A stretch of DNA of 62,968 nucleotides, counting the filler, from Thraustochytrium aureum (taxonomy: Eukaryota), in NCBI GenBank assembly GCA_012862495.1. It is 4 parts of 4 records of this genome, joined end to end, with 100 filler letters (N's around TTAATTAATTAA, not from the genome) between each part and the next. Parts side by side here need not be neighbours in the genome. Positions count along the whole stretch, not along the records: positions 17,935 to 47,265 come from BLSG01000057.1; 3 more parts are not named here. The stretch is one strand, 5' to 3'. The position numbers were made by a program, and so were the translations under genes. Below the pieces are notes generated by a model. The model was not told where the DNA came from, searched no databases, and saw nothing but the letters and a program-made list of their open reading frames with translations. Below are positions 31,784 to 43,256 of the stretch, piece after piece (within the stretch, counting starts at the first letter, position 1; every line of letters starts with the position of its first letter).

Positions 31784-34234
31784 ATGAGCCGCTCAGGAAG
31801 CGCCTCGCGGGATGTTGCCGAGCTGACGGCCGAGCTTGAGCAAGTCAGCAGGGCTCGAGAGGTCCTGGAGAAGCGATATGACGCGAGGCTCGCAACGCTA
31901 GCCGAGTTCAATATTGTCAAGGTGCAGGCGCTCCGCCGCGCCAGTCAACAGGTCCGCGCGAGGCGCGCGGGGCTAGACGAGCGCTCGCGCGCCGTTCTGC
32001 GCGACATCAGCCAGGCGGCCAACCGCCTCAGCACAGTTCTCCGGCCGACCGCGGAACGCGGCGCCACCGGTAGCTCTGAGCCCCTGAGCGCCGCCGCAAA
32101 GCTGGCTGCCGCTCAGAGCAAATTCAAAGGTCACGTCGACGCACTCTATCCGTCGTGGCAGGAGCAGCTCGAGCGAGAGAACGTGCGACGCCTTCGACGA
32201 CTGGAAAAAACCAAAGCGCGGCTTCGAGAGCGCCGCGAACTTGCTCAGCAAGCATTTCAAAAAGAGCGTACACTTCGCGCAATGGTTGCGGAACGAGAAT
32301 ACGACGTCCAGCTTTTGCGCGAGCTAGAGCGCAGGGAGAACACCCAACGCGATCTTGAGCGGGCAAAGCTCGAAATCCAGGCGCGCAGACGAGCGGAGAA
32401 CAACTTGATCGACGCTGTTGCTGCCGACCCTGTGGGCGAGGACTCTGCATCTCTGAGCGAGCCGTCGCCGCCGCCTTTGCCTCGCAAACCGTCGAGCCCC
32501 ACTCAGAGCCGGCACGCGCACGTGCCCGTCAGAAATCAGAGTAGCCCCGTTTTGCCGCCAAAACCTGACAGCCACAGGGGGGGGGCGAACACCAAAGTCC
32601 GCCCCTACCGCCCAAAGCCCCGAACGACGCGTTCGAGCTCTCCAGTCTTCAGTACCAACCCTGTTGAAGACGGATTGAGCCCGCCAATTCCCAGAAAGAG
32701 TGACGCGCTGCGCTCAAGCCTCAACGTGAGCAGCTCGCCGCCTTCGCGCCCGACAAGTCCAGCAAGTGCGTTCGGAGGATCGCCGAGAACGCCGCCTCTT
32801 GCGACAAGCCCCCAGCCGCGCAAGGCATTCGTGCTGTCGTATGAGTGGCAACCGGTCCCGGCTGGCGTCGCCCTTCCGCGGCAGTGCGAACAAAAGCTCG
32901 GCGCGAACGACTCAATGGGGCGCATGGCTCGTATCCCCTTTGCTTGGCAGCTCTCCGTCGCAGTTGTCAACGATGATCAGCACAACGAGACGGTTTCAGT
33001 ACAGGTTACGAGAGAGCTTTGCGTGAGGGATGTGCTGCAGCGCGTTCGCGACCATCACGCAGTAAATTGGATCACCTACGGCAAGCAACTCACTCTTGTT
33101 TGTGGCGGTGTCGTGTTGGCCAAGGACCAGAACATTGGGGCTCTCGGGGCCCAGCTCTTGACAGAGCCATGCACTGTGCGCGTCGATGAGCAGCGCAGCG
33201 ATGCCGTAACGTCACCTCGGGCCATGCAAAAGGTCCCCCTGAGTGTGCACGACTGGAGCCGAACGCAAAAGGCGCTGCAAGCCCTACTGCACAGGTTGGA
33301 AGATGCAGGTTCTTATCACGACTTGCGCGGCTCCAAGTACGGCATGCTAGACGACGTAGGCACGTCCGCTGCAAAGCTCGTCGTCGACGAGGCCCTGGCT
33401 GGCCAAGGAGTTGCCCTCGCGTCCAAGCCTGTCGAGACAGTCTGCGCCGCCGTCAAAGTACTGCTGCGGCAAGAGTGTTCGAGCCTTCTGCCAACTGCTC
33501 TTTTGGGCGAAAGCGGAACAATGGCGCGGAGGTTTGCCGCAGGCACACCTATGCCAGCGCGAGAGCTCGTCGCGGACATTGAGCGCTTTCACGCTTCTTG
33601 CAAGGATGCGCGAGGACACGTCTGGCAGGCGTTGGTGCGTCACTGGCAATGGCTCACGCGCGAGAGGGTGCTTTCGCGGGACGAGGTTGTTGCGGCTTTC
33701 GTCGAGGCCCTGCTCGCCCCAGGGGATGCACAGACGGGCGCAGCAGCTGCCAACCTGAGGCACCTCATTAAAGAGCTCACCAGCAACGTCATCGCTGTTG
33801 AGGTCCCTGACTCCGTGCCGCGCCAGTCGGTGCGTAGCCGATTCGACAGTGCTGGTTCGTTTGACCCGTTGCTGGGGTCATGGGGTGGCGCTGCTCGGCG
33901 ACCTCCAGAGCCATCAGAGGTTGACGCTAGCGAACTTGTAGAGGGGGTCTCGCCAAGTGCTCGCCAGAGCCCAGCTCTGAGCCTGCAGGCGCAATCCCAA
34001 GGCCGAAGCGTGGGCGTCAAGGCGAAGGGGCGTGACGAGGCCAAGGGCCTGTCAAGCGACGACAGCGGTGAGGACGAAGCAGTAGAAGTAGCCTCAGGGT
34101 CAGCCAGCCCGCCTCGGCCGCGGCGCCAGGTATCGGGGAGCATGGCCGCTTTCCTGGCCTCAAACAGGTTGGAACAAGGGGCTGCTGCAGAGCTCGACGG
34201 AGAAGATTTGGATGACGATGAGTTCGATTTCTAG
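31784..34234 (+). CDS. 816-aa coiled-coil/Pro-Ser-rich protein, possibly centrosomal kizuna-like, with an internal ubiquitin-like segment
   Basis: Intact ATG ORF; N-terminal coiled coil ending KLAAAQSKFKGHVDALYPSWQEQ; PPPLPRKP/PVLPPKP motifs; acidic DDDEFDF tail. Confidence 0.7.
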   Translation: MSRSGSASRDVAELTAELEQVSRAREVLEKRYDARLATLAEFNIVKVQALRRASQQVRARRAGLDERSRAVLRDISQAANRLSTVLRPTAERGATGSSEPLSAAAKLAAAQSKFKGHVDALYPSWQEQLERENVRRLRRLEKTKARLRERRELAQQAFQKERTLRAMVAEREYDVQLLRELERRENTQRDLERAKLEIQARRRAENNLIDAVAADPVGEDSASLSEPSPPPLPRKPSSPTQSRHAHVPVRNQSSPVLPPKPDSHRGGANTKVRPYRPKPRTTRSSSPVFSTNPVEDGLSPPIPRKSDALRSSLNVSSSPPSRPTSPASAFGGSPRTPPLATSPQPRKAFVLSYEWQPVPAGVALPRQCEQKLGANDSMGRMARIPFAWQLSVAVVNDDQHNETVSVQVTRELCVRDVLQRVRDHHAVNWITYGKQLTLVCGGVVLAKDQNIGALGAQLLTEPCTVRVDEQRSDAVTSPRAMQKVPLSVHDWSRTQKALQALLHRLEDAGSYHDLRGSKYGMLDDVGTSAAKLVVDEALAGQGVALASKPVETVCAAVKVLLRQECSSLLPTALLGESGTMARRFAAGTPMPARELVADIERFHASCKDARGHVWQALVRHWQWLTRERVLSRDEVVAAFVEALLAPGDAQTGAAAANLRHLIKELTSNVIAVEVPDSVPRQSVRSRFDSAGSFDPLLGSWGGAARRPPEPSEVDASELVEGVSPSARQSPALSLQAQSQGRSVGVKAKGRDEAKGLSSDDSGEDEAVEVASGSASPPRPRRQVSGSMAAFLASNRLEQGAAAELDGEDLDDDEFDF

Positions 34235-34357
34235 AGCAAACAATGCCGACTGCGCACACGGGCGCCCTCCCAGGCAACAACTCGCCGGCGGAAAGCAAAA
34301 TGGCGCTCGCTAGTTTTGATTCAGCTTGTGAGTGATTGCCGCTGCTCGCGAGGTGCC

Positions 34358-35838
34358 CTAGCTCGACATCTCGCTGGGTCCAACTTTCGAGGAGTGGCGA
34401 AACAGGGAAATGTGAATGCCTGGCAACGCCCTCGTTGAGATCATGTTGGTAACGCGATCGAATGTGCTCTCGACGGCGTTGAGCTCTACTTGAGTAAGAG
34501 AAGTCCCAAACTTGCACAAGCCAAAGACAAACCAAAAGGCCACGTAAATCTCCGGGCTGTGCTCGTCGACCTCGACAGCAGCCTTCAGCGAAAGCAAGAC
34601 AACCGAAGTCATCGAGAATATCAATGCAAATCGAAGCCAGAACCGGAAGCGGTTCGCAAGTGTGAGGGTGCGGCTCGCGCTACCGACTATGTTGCCTTTC
34701 TTGGGGTGTTGAAGCCGCCCGGTGGTGTGCAGGATATCTGCAACAGCGAAAACTTGCCTTCGCAAGTACTCGAAGATGACGAGATTCATCACGATGGCGG
34801 CGACAGGAGCAGCAATTGTGATGATTTGATAGGCGCTCCCAGTGACTAATATCAGGCTGAGCAGAAAGCAAACCTCGAGAAGGAGCAAAACCGCTCCGCC
34901 GACGAAAAGAATAATGTCCCGCTGCCGGGTCGAGCTTTGGTCCCCAGGCATCTTGCGAACAGAGCTGAAAGTGCCCGCCGAGATCCAGTTGCAGGCTACC
35001 GAAACAGAGTAAAACCCGGTGTATGTCATCACCACGAGGTGAGGGTCCAGGGCCCTCCCAATATAGTGGGTTCCGAAGAAAGACGCCACCGCCAAAAACA
35101 AGAGCGTCATTGCGTTCGCCACCAGCACGATCAGGCACGGGACGCTCAGCTTGCGCAGTCGGATTCGCAGCACTATGTAATAGACCGCCTTCAACCCGAC
35201 GTAGAGGTAGAGGGTGGGCAGCACCCGCGGAACAAGAACTGCACCAGTGGCCCTTGAAATGTTGCCTGCACGATGCTTTCGTCAATCGACAAACTTGCCG
35301 TGAAGTTGGCACCGTCCCTCTCATATATCCAGCTGCTCAGCTCGGCCATCGCCTTCCTTGAACTGTGTACGAAGACGCACTCGCGAAACGCGTCGTTCTC
35401 TGCATAGAAATTGTCGATCATCGACTTGGTCGCCAAGTTGGAGAACAGACCTGGGTAGGGCCTTGTCTCGGAAACAAGGAGGGCGCCAATGCTGCACCAC
35501 GAGCGCATGTTGTTGAGTTCGAGCATCCGCCACTTGTGCCAGCAATGCTCGTCGAATTCGGGGCCGATCAGCAAAATGCTGCCTTTCAATTGAGCCGTCA
35601 GTTCGTCCAGTCTGTCGCTGCAGAGAAGTTCGAAATGCGCAGCTGTCATGACCTCAACGCGCCGCCCAGACCATGCTGAGCCGGGCTCTGCCCCTAGGCC
35701 ATTTATTGCAGGGGCGGTGTAGGTGATGGACATGGAGCTGCCGCTCCCTTCATCGCGCACGGTCACGGCGCCAAACGCAGGCTGGACCAAGGCGAAGCCG
35801 GCTACAGCCGCCTTGAGCAGCGAGCGGGCAGGGCGCAT
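34358..35838 (-). CDS. Signal peptide + PA-like ectodomain + 7TM membrane protein, copy 1 (frameshift near 35222)
   Basis: ORFs 35191-35838 and 34358-35224 join at a G-run (FRG-VLPTLY); seven hydrophobic segments; collinear with the paralog at 36516-38095. Confidence 0.8.
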
Positions 35839-36515
35839 CGCTCAGGACGCGCCGCACGTTCGGGACTGCCAGGCGGCATTCAGCGATGGTCTCTGTGCGC
35901 TCCGCAGCGTTGCACGTTCCTNNNNNNNNNNNNNNNNNNNNNNNNNNNNNNNNNNNNNNNNNNNNNNNNNNNNNNNNNNNNNNNNNNNNNNNNNNNNNNN
36001 NNNNNNNNNNNNNNNNNNNNNNNNNNNNNNNNNNNNNNNNNNNNNNNNNNNNNNNNNNNNNNNNNNNNNNNNNNNNNNNNNNNNNNNNNNNNNNNNNNNN
36101 NNNNNNNNNNNNNNNNNNNNNNNNNNNNNNNNNNNNNNNNNNNNNNNNNNNNNNNNNNNNNNNNNNNNNNNNNNNNNNNNNNNNNNNNNNNNNNNNNNNN
36201 NNNNNNNNNNNNNNNNNNNNNNNNNNNNNNNNNNNNNNNNNNNNNNNNNNNNNNNNNNNNNNNNNNNNNNNNNNNNNNNNNNNNNNNNNNNNNNNNNNNN
36301 NNNNNNNNNNNNNNNNNNNNNNNNNNNNNNNNNNNNNNNNNNNNNNNNNNNNNNNNNNGTTTGACGACCGCTCATTGAGAACGTCAGCACGTTGCTTTTG
36401 AACATTGGCACGTTGATTGAGCATCAATCAGTTCATTCGCTTTTCTCTGAGGTCCAACCACATGGAGTTCATCAATCATTCAGAATTCATTCAGATCAGC
36501 AGTCTTGTCGACTCA

Positions 36516-38095
36516 TCAACTCGTCAAAGCGACACCGTTGCGGGACCCAGAGCCTGTCGGCAAAGGATTCGGCGCAGCGCAGGATGGCGTGTCGCCGCCC
36601 AGTACTGGCGCGACCCTGGATTTGCGGGAATAGAAAGAGAGCCGAATTTGCACGGAGCCTGTCAGAAAGAGGTTCGCGACTCTGTCAAACGTGCTCTCTG
36701 CGGCGCTGAGCTCGACCTGCGCGAAGGACGTCCCGAACTTGCAGAGGCCGGCAGCAAACCAAAATGCGAGGTACATGGCAGGGCTTTGTTGGTCGGCCCT
36801 CCAAAGCATTTTGGCCAGGAGCAGGGTCACAGTCAGCACAGAAAACACCATCGCGAAGCGCAACCAGAAGCGGAACCGGTTCTCAAGGGTGAGCATCCGA
36901 ACTGCGCTGTCAACGTCCCCTCGACTCTCGTTCGTAATATCCATGCCAACCCCACCTCGTAATGCACCTGCGTCATGCAGCAAGTCTGCGACCGCAAAGA
37001 CTTGGTTGCGCAAGTACCCGAAGATGGCGAGGTTCATCACTGCGGCGATCCCTGGGCCGACGCTGGTTATGATAATGTAGGAGTGTCCCGTGACGAAGGC
37101 AAGGGAGAGCACTAGCACGACCTCGAGGAGCAGCAAGAAGCCACCGCCAGCGAGGAGAATCACCCTTGCCCTCTTGCCGCTGCCTTCTTTGGTCCCACCA
37201 GGTGCCTTGTGAGCCATACTGAACGCCCCAGCCGAGAGCCAGTTGCAAGCGACTGATACAGAAAAGAACCCGGTGTACGAAACCATCGCGAGATACCTGT
37301 TCAGGTTGGCGCTGATGAAGTGGCTCCCGAAAAGCGATGTCACACCCAAAAATAACAGCGTGACTGCGTTGGAGCCCAACACAACCATGCACGTGCCATT
37401 CAGCCTACGTAAACGGACCCGGAGCACCAGGTAGTACACCGATTTGACGCCGACATAAAGATAAAGAGATGAGAGGACACCGCGAAAGAGCACTTGCGTC
37501 AGAGTCCTTCGAAACACTTCGAGTGCGATATTCTCGTCTATCGCGAGCCGGGCGGCAAGATCAGAAGCACTCCTATTCGCCACCCATTCGTAGAGATCAG
37601 ATACTCGCATTTGCGGGGAGGACAAGACGACGCAGTCACGAAATGTCTCATTCGCTGCGTAAAACTCCTCCAGCATCTCCCCGCTCACCATGTTGCCAAA
37701 AATCCCTGGATAGGTCGTGCGCTCTGAGACAATGAGCGCACCAAGCTTGCACCACGAGAGCATGTTGTCAGCTCGAGCATCCGCCATTTGTTCCCGCAAT
37801 AAAAGTCCGTGGCATCCTTGACGAGGAGGACGCTGCCGCGAACTTGTGCAGCTAGCTCCTCCAGGCTGCCGCTGCAGAGCATATCGTGCTGAGCAATGGT
37901 CAGAATCTGAATTCTCTGCTCGGACCACGCCGTTCCCGGTGCGGGTCCTATTGGGTTGAACATTGCCGGTGTGTAGGCGATTGTGTATTCCGCGCCATCA
38001 CGCCTGTCTCGCACGGTGAGCGCCCCGTCAGCATGTGGCAGAGCCGAGCTGATGAAGGCCAAGCCCGCCGCCAGCATCGCCACGCTGACTGGCAT
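36516..38095 (-). CDS. Signal peptide + PA-like ectodomain + 7TM membrane protein, copy 2 (frameshift near 37770)
   Basis: ORFs 37685-38095 and 36516-37928; shares KWRMLEL, LYLYVGxK, YTGFxSVSVACNW, NRFRFWLRFA and GLCKFGTSxxQVEL with copy 1. Confidence 0.8.
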
Positions 38096-38698
38096 TTTGC
38101 AGCGCCGCCTGCCTGTGCGACTGGGGTCTGCACTGTACTTGACGCATTTTCAATTGAGACTGTATGCAGCAAGAGCTTCTGATGAACTCCTCCGGGGTGC
38201 ATTGCCGCCTATTGGTCCGTTGCGAGATTTGGCATGCCGACTGCAAGCCGACTCGACATTGGCGAGTGAAGGGACGCCAGTGAGGCCAGCTTTCCACTGA
38301 AGGCTTCCCCCTTGTTCCTGGCGGCAGAACGCGCGATGCAAAGCCTGCCACTAACCTGATGTGGCAGAAGAACAACCAGGCCCTCTCGCGCCTCAGTGAG
38401 GCCATAGACGTGGCTCACCAGCTCGCTGTCGCAGACTTGAGGAAAGCGAGACCTTCGAATGGCGTTTCTGCAGATCCGTTGGCGCCCTCGAATAGAGAGC
38501 GAGTTGACTCTACTAGTAGACAGCAGGCGCGTCGCGCAGGAAGGCAGGCGAGCTGTTTTTAGAGGCCGAGGCGACGCTGGCGGGAACCTGAAACCAAGTC
38601 GGGCTGCATGGTGCTGTCGCGGGTGAAAAAAAAACAGCCGGATCTCGATAGTTTGAGCCGCTCTACATCGTCAAGTCAGGGTCTCTGCGTTCCCTTCG

Positions 38699-40502
38699 CT
38701 AGCTTGCTGCTGAGCACAGCGGCCCCCAGGCGGGGCTCCAGAGGTTGTTGAGCCGTGCCTGCCACATCCGCGGGCCGGTTCCAGGCTGCAAAGCGTATGG
38801 AGGCTGGCAGTTTAATGTGCACCAATTTCCAAATTCGGTTGTGGTCAGCGAGACAGGCGGCACCGAAGCAGTGGTGTCATGGATTAGCGCCAGCTCGCCC
38901 TGGCGGACCCCAGAGCCGTGCGGACACCGGACAGTCCCGTTCATGAAGTCGATGCGCAGATCACCAATCACCGCCCCCAAGGCGTCCAAAAGAGGGTCCA
39001 CCGCGGCGACCTCGCCGTTGTGCAGGATTTGAAGCTGGCCGCCTACTCGCTGCAGGGCTTGGAGCCCAGCCACAGAGGTCAGCTTGGGGTTTCTATGAAC
39101 GACGAGGTCACCGCCGACGCTTGCAAGCAGCTCGAGTCCGCTAAAGTCAATCATGTTCGGGTTTTCGTGCACCACGAAGGCCCCCCCCAAATTGCCGGAG
39201 TGCCCCCAAACCTTGATAGTTCGGAAACGCGCCTTGTATGTAAACATCCCCGGCGACGCTCTCCAGGGCGACGAGCCCGCCAACCAAGGTCGTCAGTGCA
39301 GGTTTCGCGACACGAATAGCGTGCCCTCGATGTGCTCCATCGCGCCGAGGCCCGCAAGCGTTTCCAGTCCCCTGTTGTCGTCGATTGCCAGCGTGCCTCC
39401 AAGTTGTGAGAGACCAAGCGGGGCATCCAGGCTGGGTGCCAGCATGCTCGGGTTGTGAAAGATGGTAAAGTTCCCGTCCACGCGATCGAGCATGACAAGC
39501 GGCCCAATTGAGCGCAGCGCTTCGTTTTCCGCGACGACAAAGTCGCCACCAATGGAGACGAGCCCGCCCGCACCTGCGAGCGAGATCATAGACGGGTTGC
39601 CCTCAACAATGAGGTTGGCGCCCCACAACCGCGAGAGAAGCAATCCCCTCGAGCGACTCGAGCTTCTCGTTGTTTCGAACAAGCATGCTTTGGCCGACTT
39701 GGGACAGCGCTCCCACACCGTGCAGCGAGGCGAGCTCGGGGTTTTCGATGATACGAAACTCGCCGTCAACCCGTTCGAGGGCCCCAAGGCCGTCGAGTGC
39801 GACGAGGTTTGCTAGCTCGTCCTCCTCAAACAGAGTGCTGCACAGAGGGCAGATCTTTGGCTTGCCATTTTCGGCCGGGAACGGCCGCTGAGCGGCACGG
39901 CGCGAGAGATGGAGGCTTTCGTCAGAAGTGCGACTATCGCCGCCTTGCTGGGCGTGCCTCTCGGAGAGGACGAGGTCGTCCAGGCTCGTGAGTGTGAGGC
40001 TCGACCCGCACCTCGCAATCTCTACGTCGCCAGAAACCGTCCTCAGGGCATCCAGCCCTCTGACGCTCACCAAAAAAGGATTGTCGCGCAAGAGAAGGTC
40101 GCCGTCAATCGATTCGAGCCGCCCGAAGCCAGTCAGTGCAGTGACATGCGCATTTCGCTCAATCAAGACGCTTCCGTTCACGATGCGCTGCAAGCACATT
40201 GGCGGGTATCTAATCACGCCGGACGCGACCACATCGCCGTCTGTCACTGTCACACAGTACTGCGCGGTCAAATCCGACGTCACATCCACTCGGCCAACAC
40301 AGGCCACTGCAAGGTTTTCACAGTCCACGCCATAGTCCTCCACGGCCGTATACGCGGCGGGCGTGTCCCCCCTCGCAGAGACCGGCCCATGACGCCACCC
40401 TGCCTGCGCACCTCGCGCCGTGGTGCTAAGCGACGCGACTACGCCAACAAGTTGCAGAGTTCGCGTCGCTGTCCAGCGCATCCTGAGCCACCGCAGGCGC
40501 AT
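38699..40502 (-). CDS. Secreted receptor-L-domain (Leu-rich beta-solenoid) repeat protein, several frameshifts and a possible intron
   Basis: About 12 or more repeats of the type NPxLxSLxGLxxLxxVGGDLxIxxN across ORFs 39603-, 39293- and 38699-; hydrophobic N-terminus LQLVGVVASLSTTA; Cys-containing caps. Confidence 0.78.
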
Positions 40503-41444
40503 GCGCTCGTGATTGAGTCCACTGCCTGCCGCTCCTGCTTCGAGAAGCGCTCGGGATGTCCGCTCTGCGAGTCCACTGTCTGCGTGTACAGCTGCCGCAG
40601 CAGCCGCTTTTGATGCTCGAAGCACCAGCAATCTTCGCCTCTGGCACGTCCACTGACAGCTGCAAGTAGTGCTGGGTGGCGGTGCTGGTGGTGCTGGCGC
40701 CGGTGGCGGTGCTGCTCTTGCTTTTCTTTTTGGCCTCGCAAGGCCGGGCCTCCAGCGGCTCCTGCTTCTCTCCAGCGCTTGCCTTATCCAGTGGCTCCTG
40801 CTGNNNNNNNNNNNNNNNNNNNNNNNNNNNNNNNNNNNNNNNNNNNNNNNNNNNNNNNNNNNNNNNNNNNNNNNNNNNNNNNNNNNNNNNNNNNNNNNNN
40901 NNNNNNNNNNNNNNNNNNNNNNNNNNNNNNNNNNNNNNNNNNNNNNNNNNNNNNNNNNNNNNNNNNNNNNNNNNNNNNNNNNNNNNNNNNNNNNNNNNNN
41001 NNNNNNNNNNNNNNNNNNNNNNNNNNNNNNNNNNNNNNNNNNNNNNNNNNNNNNNNNNNNNNNNNNNNNNNNNNNNNNNNNNNNNNNNNNNNNNNNNNNN
41101 NNNNNNNNNNNNNNNNNNNNNNNNNNNNNNNNNNNNNNNNNNNNNNNNNNNNNNNNNNNNNNNNNNNNNNNNNNNNNNNNNNNNNNNNNNNNNNNNNNNN
41201 NNNNNNNNNNNNNNNNNNNNNNNNNNNNNNNNNNNNNNNNNNNNNNNNNNNNNNNNNNNNNNNNNNNNNNNNNNNNNNNNNNNNNNNNNNNNNNNNNNNN
41301 NNNNNNNNNNNNNNNNNNNNNNNNNNNNNNNNNNNNNNNNNNNNNNNNNTCGTTTCTCTCGCTCTTGTGCAGACATGCGTCGCGGCTGTGGTGGCTTTGG
41401 GCGTTCAACTCTCTGACCGCCCGGGCGCGAGACTGGCCAACAAC

Positions 41445-42026
41445 ATGAACGCGCTTGCTCTCGCCCTTGGCACGCTTGGAGCTGTCTGGGTCGCTCTTGC
41501 GTCGCTCAAGGAGCGTCTACAGGGGAAAGTGAAGTGCACAATTGCGCTGCTCGTGCTGACCTTGGGTGTGGGCGGCGCCAGCGGCGTTGCCGCTGCTGTC
41601 CTGCGAAGCACGATCGTGCTCGTCGCGCATATGGTGCTCGCCGGCGCAGAGGCGGTAATGCTCCTGGCTTTTGCCCTTGAGGGGGCGGCGCCCGGGCGGC
41701 GGTACTTGGCCGCTGTAGCGGTCCTCTCGACCACGGTTTTCTTCGGAACTGCATGGTGGACGGGAATCAACGTAGCAGTCGCGGAGCTTGGCGTGGCGTT
41801 CACACTGACGTGCGCCGTGGAGCTCTGGACCGTGACGCAGCTGTGCCGTTTCCTCGAGCACGCAGACAGAGTCGTGTCATGGACCCCAGCGTACGGCTTG
41901 CTGGTCGTCGCACTAGGACCGCTTGACAACCTCGTGCGTCGCAAACATCACCCTCGCGAGAGCACCCCAAAAAGCAGCGCCTCGCCGCCGCACCAGCCCG
42001 TGCCGGCCAACATAGCCCGAGTATGA
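41445..42026 (+). CDS. Hypothetical multi-pass membrane protein (about 6 TM)
   Basis: ATG ORF of 193 aa made almost entirely of hydrophobic helices, followed by a polar tail. Confidence 0.6.
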   Translation: MNALALALGTLGAVWVALASLKERLQGKVKCTIALLVLTLGVGGASGVAAAVLRSTIVLVAHMVLAGAEAVMLLAFALEGAAPGRRYLAAVAVLSTTVFFGTAWWTGINVAVAELGVAFTLTCAVELWTVTQLCRFLEHADRVVSWTPAYGLLVVALGPLDNLVRRKHHPRESTPKSSASPPHQPVPANIARV

Positions 42027-42263
42027 CAGAGCTTGAGTTTTGCTTTCCCTCAACGCACGCCCATCTCGCCCTTGGGCGCGCTGCTTCACGCACCTTGCAG
42101 CAACGGGACTCTGCCAAGTCCTGTTCGGTCGCGAGTTGACTCTCAACGTTGTTCTCGCGCTGCAGCGCCTGTGCTTGCGAGCGTAGCTCCCCGAGCGGGT
42201 CTTCGGTTGGTTGCAGCATCGTCGCCGAGGGCCCTGGCCGTCTGGCGGCGAGCGTCTGGCAGG

Positions 42264-43171
42264 ATGAGCAGGTTGTACACGTGGCAAAAGCAAGCGGGGA
42301 TCTTCGTGGTCGCAATGGTCGTTGCCGTGTACCAGGTCAACAAGTCGAGCCAGCTACTGAGCCAGCAGGAGGCCGCTGGAGAGGCGCAGCTGCGCCGCGC
42401 GATGACCCGCGCGGCGGCAATGTGCCGCGACTGCGTGCTTTCAAGAGCGAGGTTTGGAGACCAAGCTACGACGAGCCGACCGCGGGGGCCAAGCCAGTCC
42501 CGGTACAGACCGCGCTGATCGTCCAGATGCCGGGCAGCGCTGCGGCTTGGCAGGACGGCATGCCGCGTGTTCGCGGGGAGCTGTTCATCGACCCGCTTCA
42601 ACGAAGAAAATCGGGCGAGTCTGGAAAGAAGCGTAGGCGCCGGCACGCAGCGCAGGGCCAAGGCCGTGAGCGGAGCGACCCACTCCTGGGGTTCAAACTG
42701 CACGACCCCAGCCTCGAATCACTCGCGAGCGACCTCGAGAACCTCGGCCTTGTTGCTCGAGTGCTGAGGTCGGCTAGCGCGACGGCGGCGCAAGACACCA
42801 GGCAAAGCAGCGACAAGGCTGCAGCGCCCCCACAACGCAATCCTGGCAACGCGCAGCATCGCCTGGTTGAGGAGAAGATTGCCAACCTCGGAGCGCACGG
42901 CAAGCCGGACCGCAGCAAGATTGCGACGGGGCATTTGTCGAGCCGAGAGGCGCACAAGCATCTGGTCAACCGAGCAGTCGCCCAATCAGTGGCGGCATTC
43001 GCATCTGCGAAGGGCGACGGAGGGGCACGCGCCGCAGGCGAGCCCGAGGAGCCGCCGGCTGAAGGGCCCGCTGCGCCTGGCGGCGAGGAGCTTAAGACGT
43101 GCGTGCCGCAGGGCGCCGAGGAGCCGCCCGAGGCTTTGCTAGAGCACGGCCTTGCGAACACAATGAACTGA
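42264..43171 (+). CDS. Hypothetical type-II membrane-anchored protein (frameshifted)
   Basis: MSRLYTWQKQAGIFVVAMVVAVYQV TM segment, continuing into ORF 42149-43171 after a shift. Confidence 0.4.
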
Positions 43172-43256
43172 CGCCCGCTGAGCAGCGGAAGAAGAATATG
43201 ATTGAATTGGATTTGCGAAGCCCCGCGCTCCTGCGCAAGGTGGCTGCGCGAGGTGG

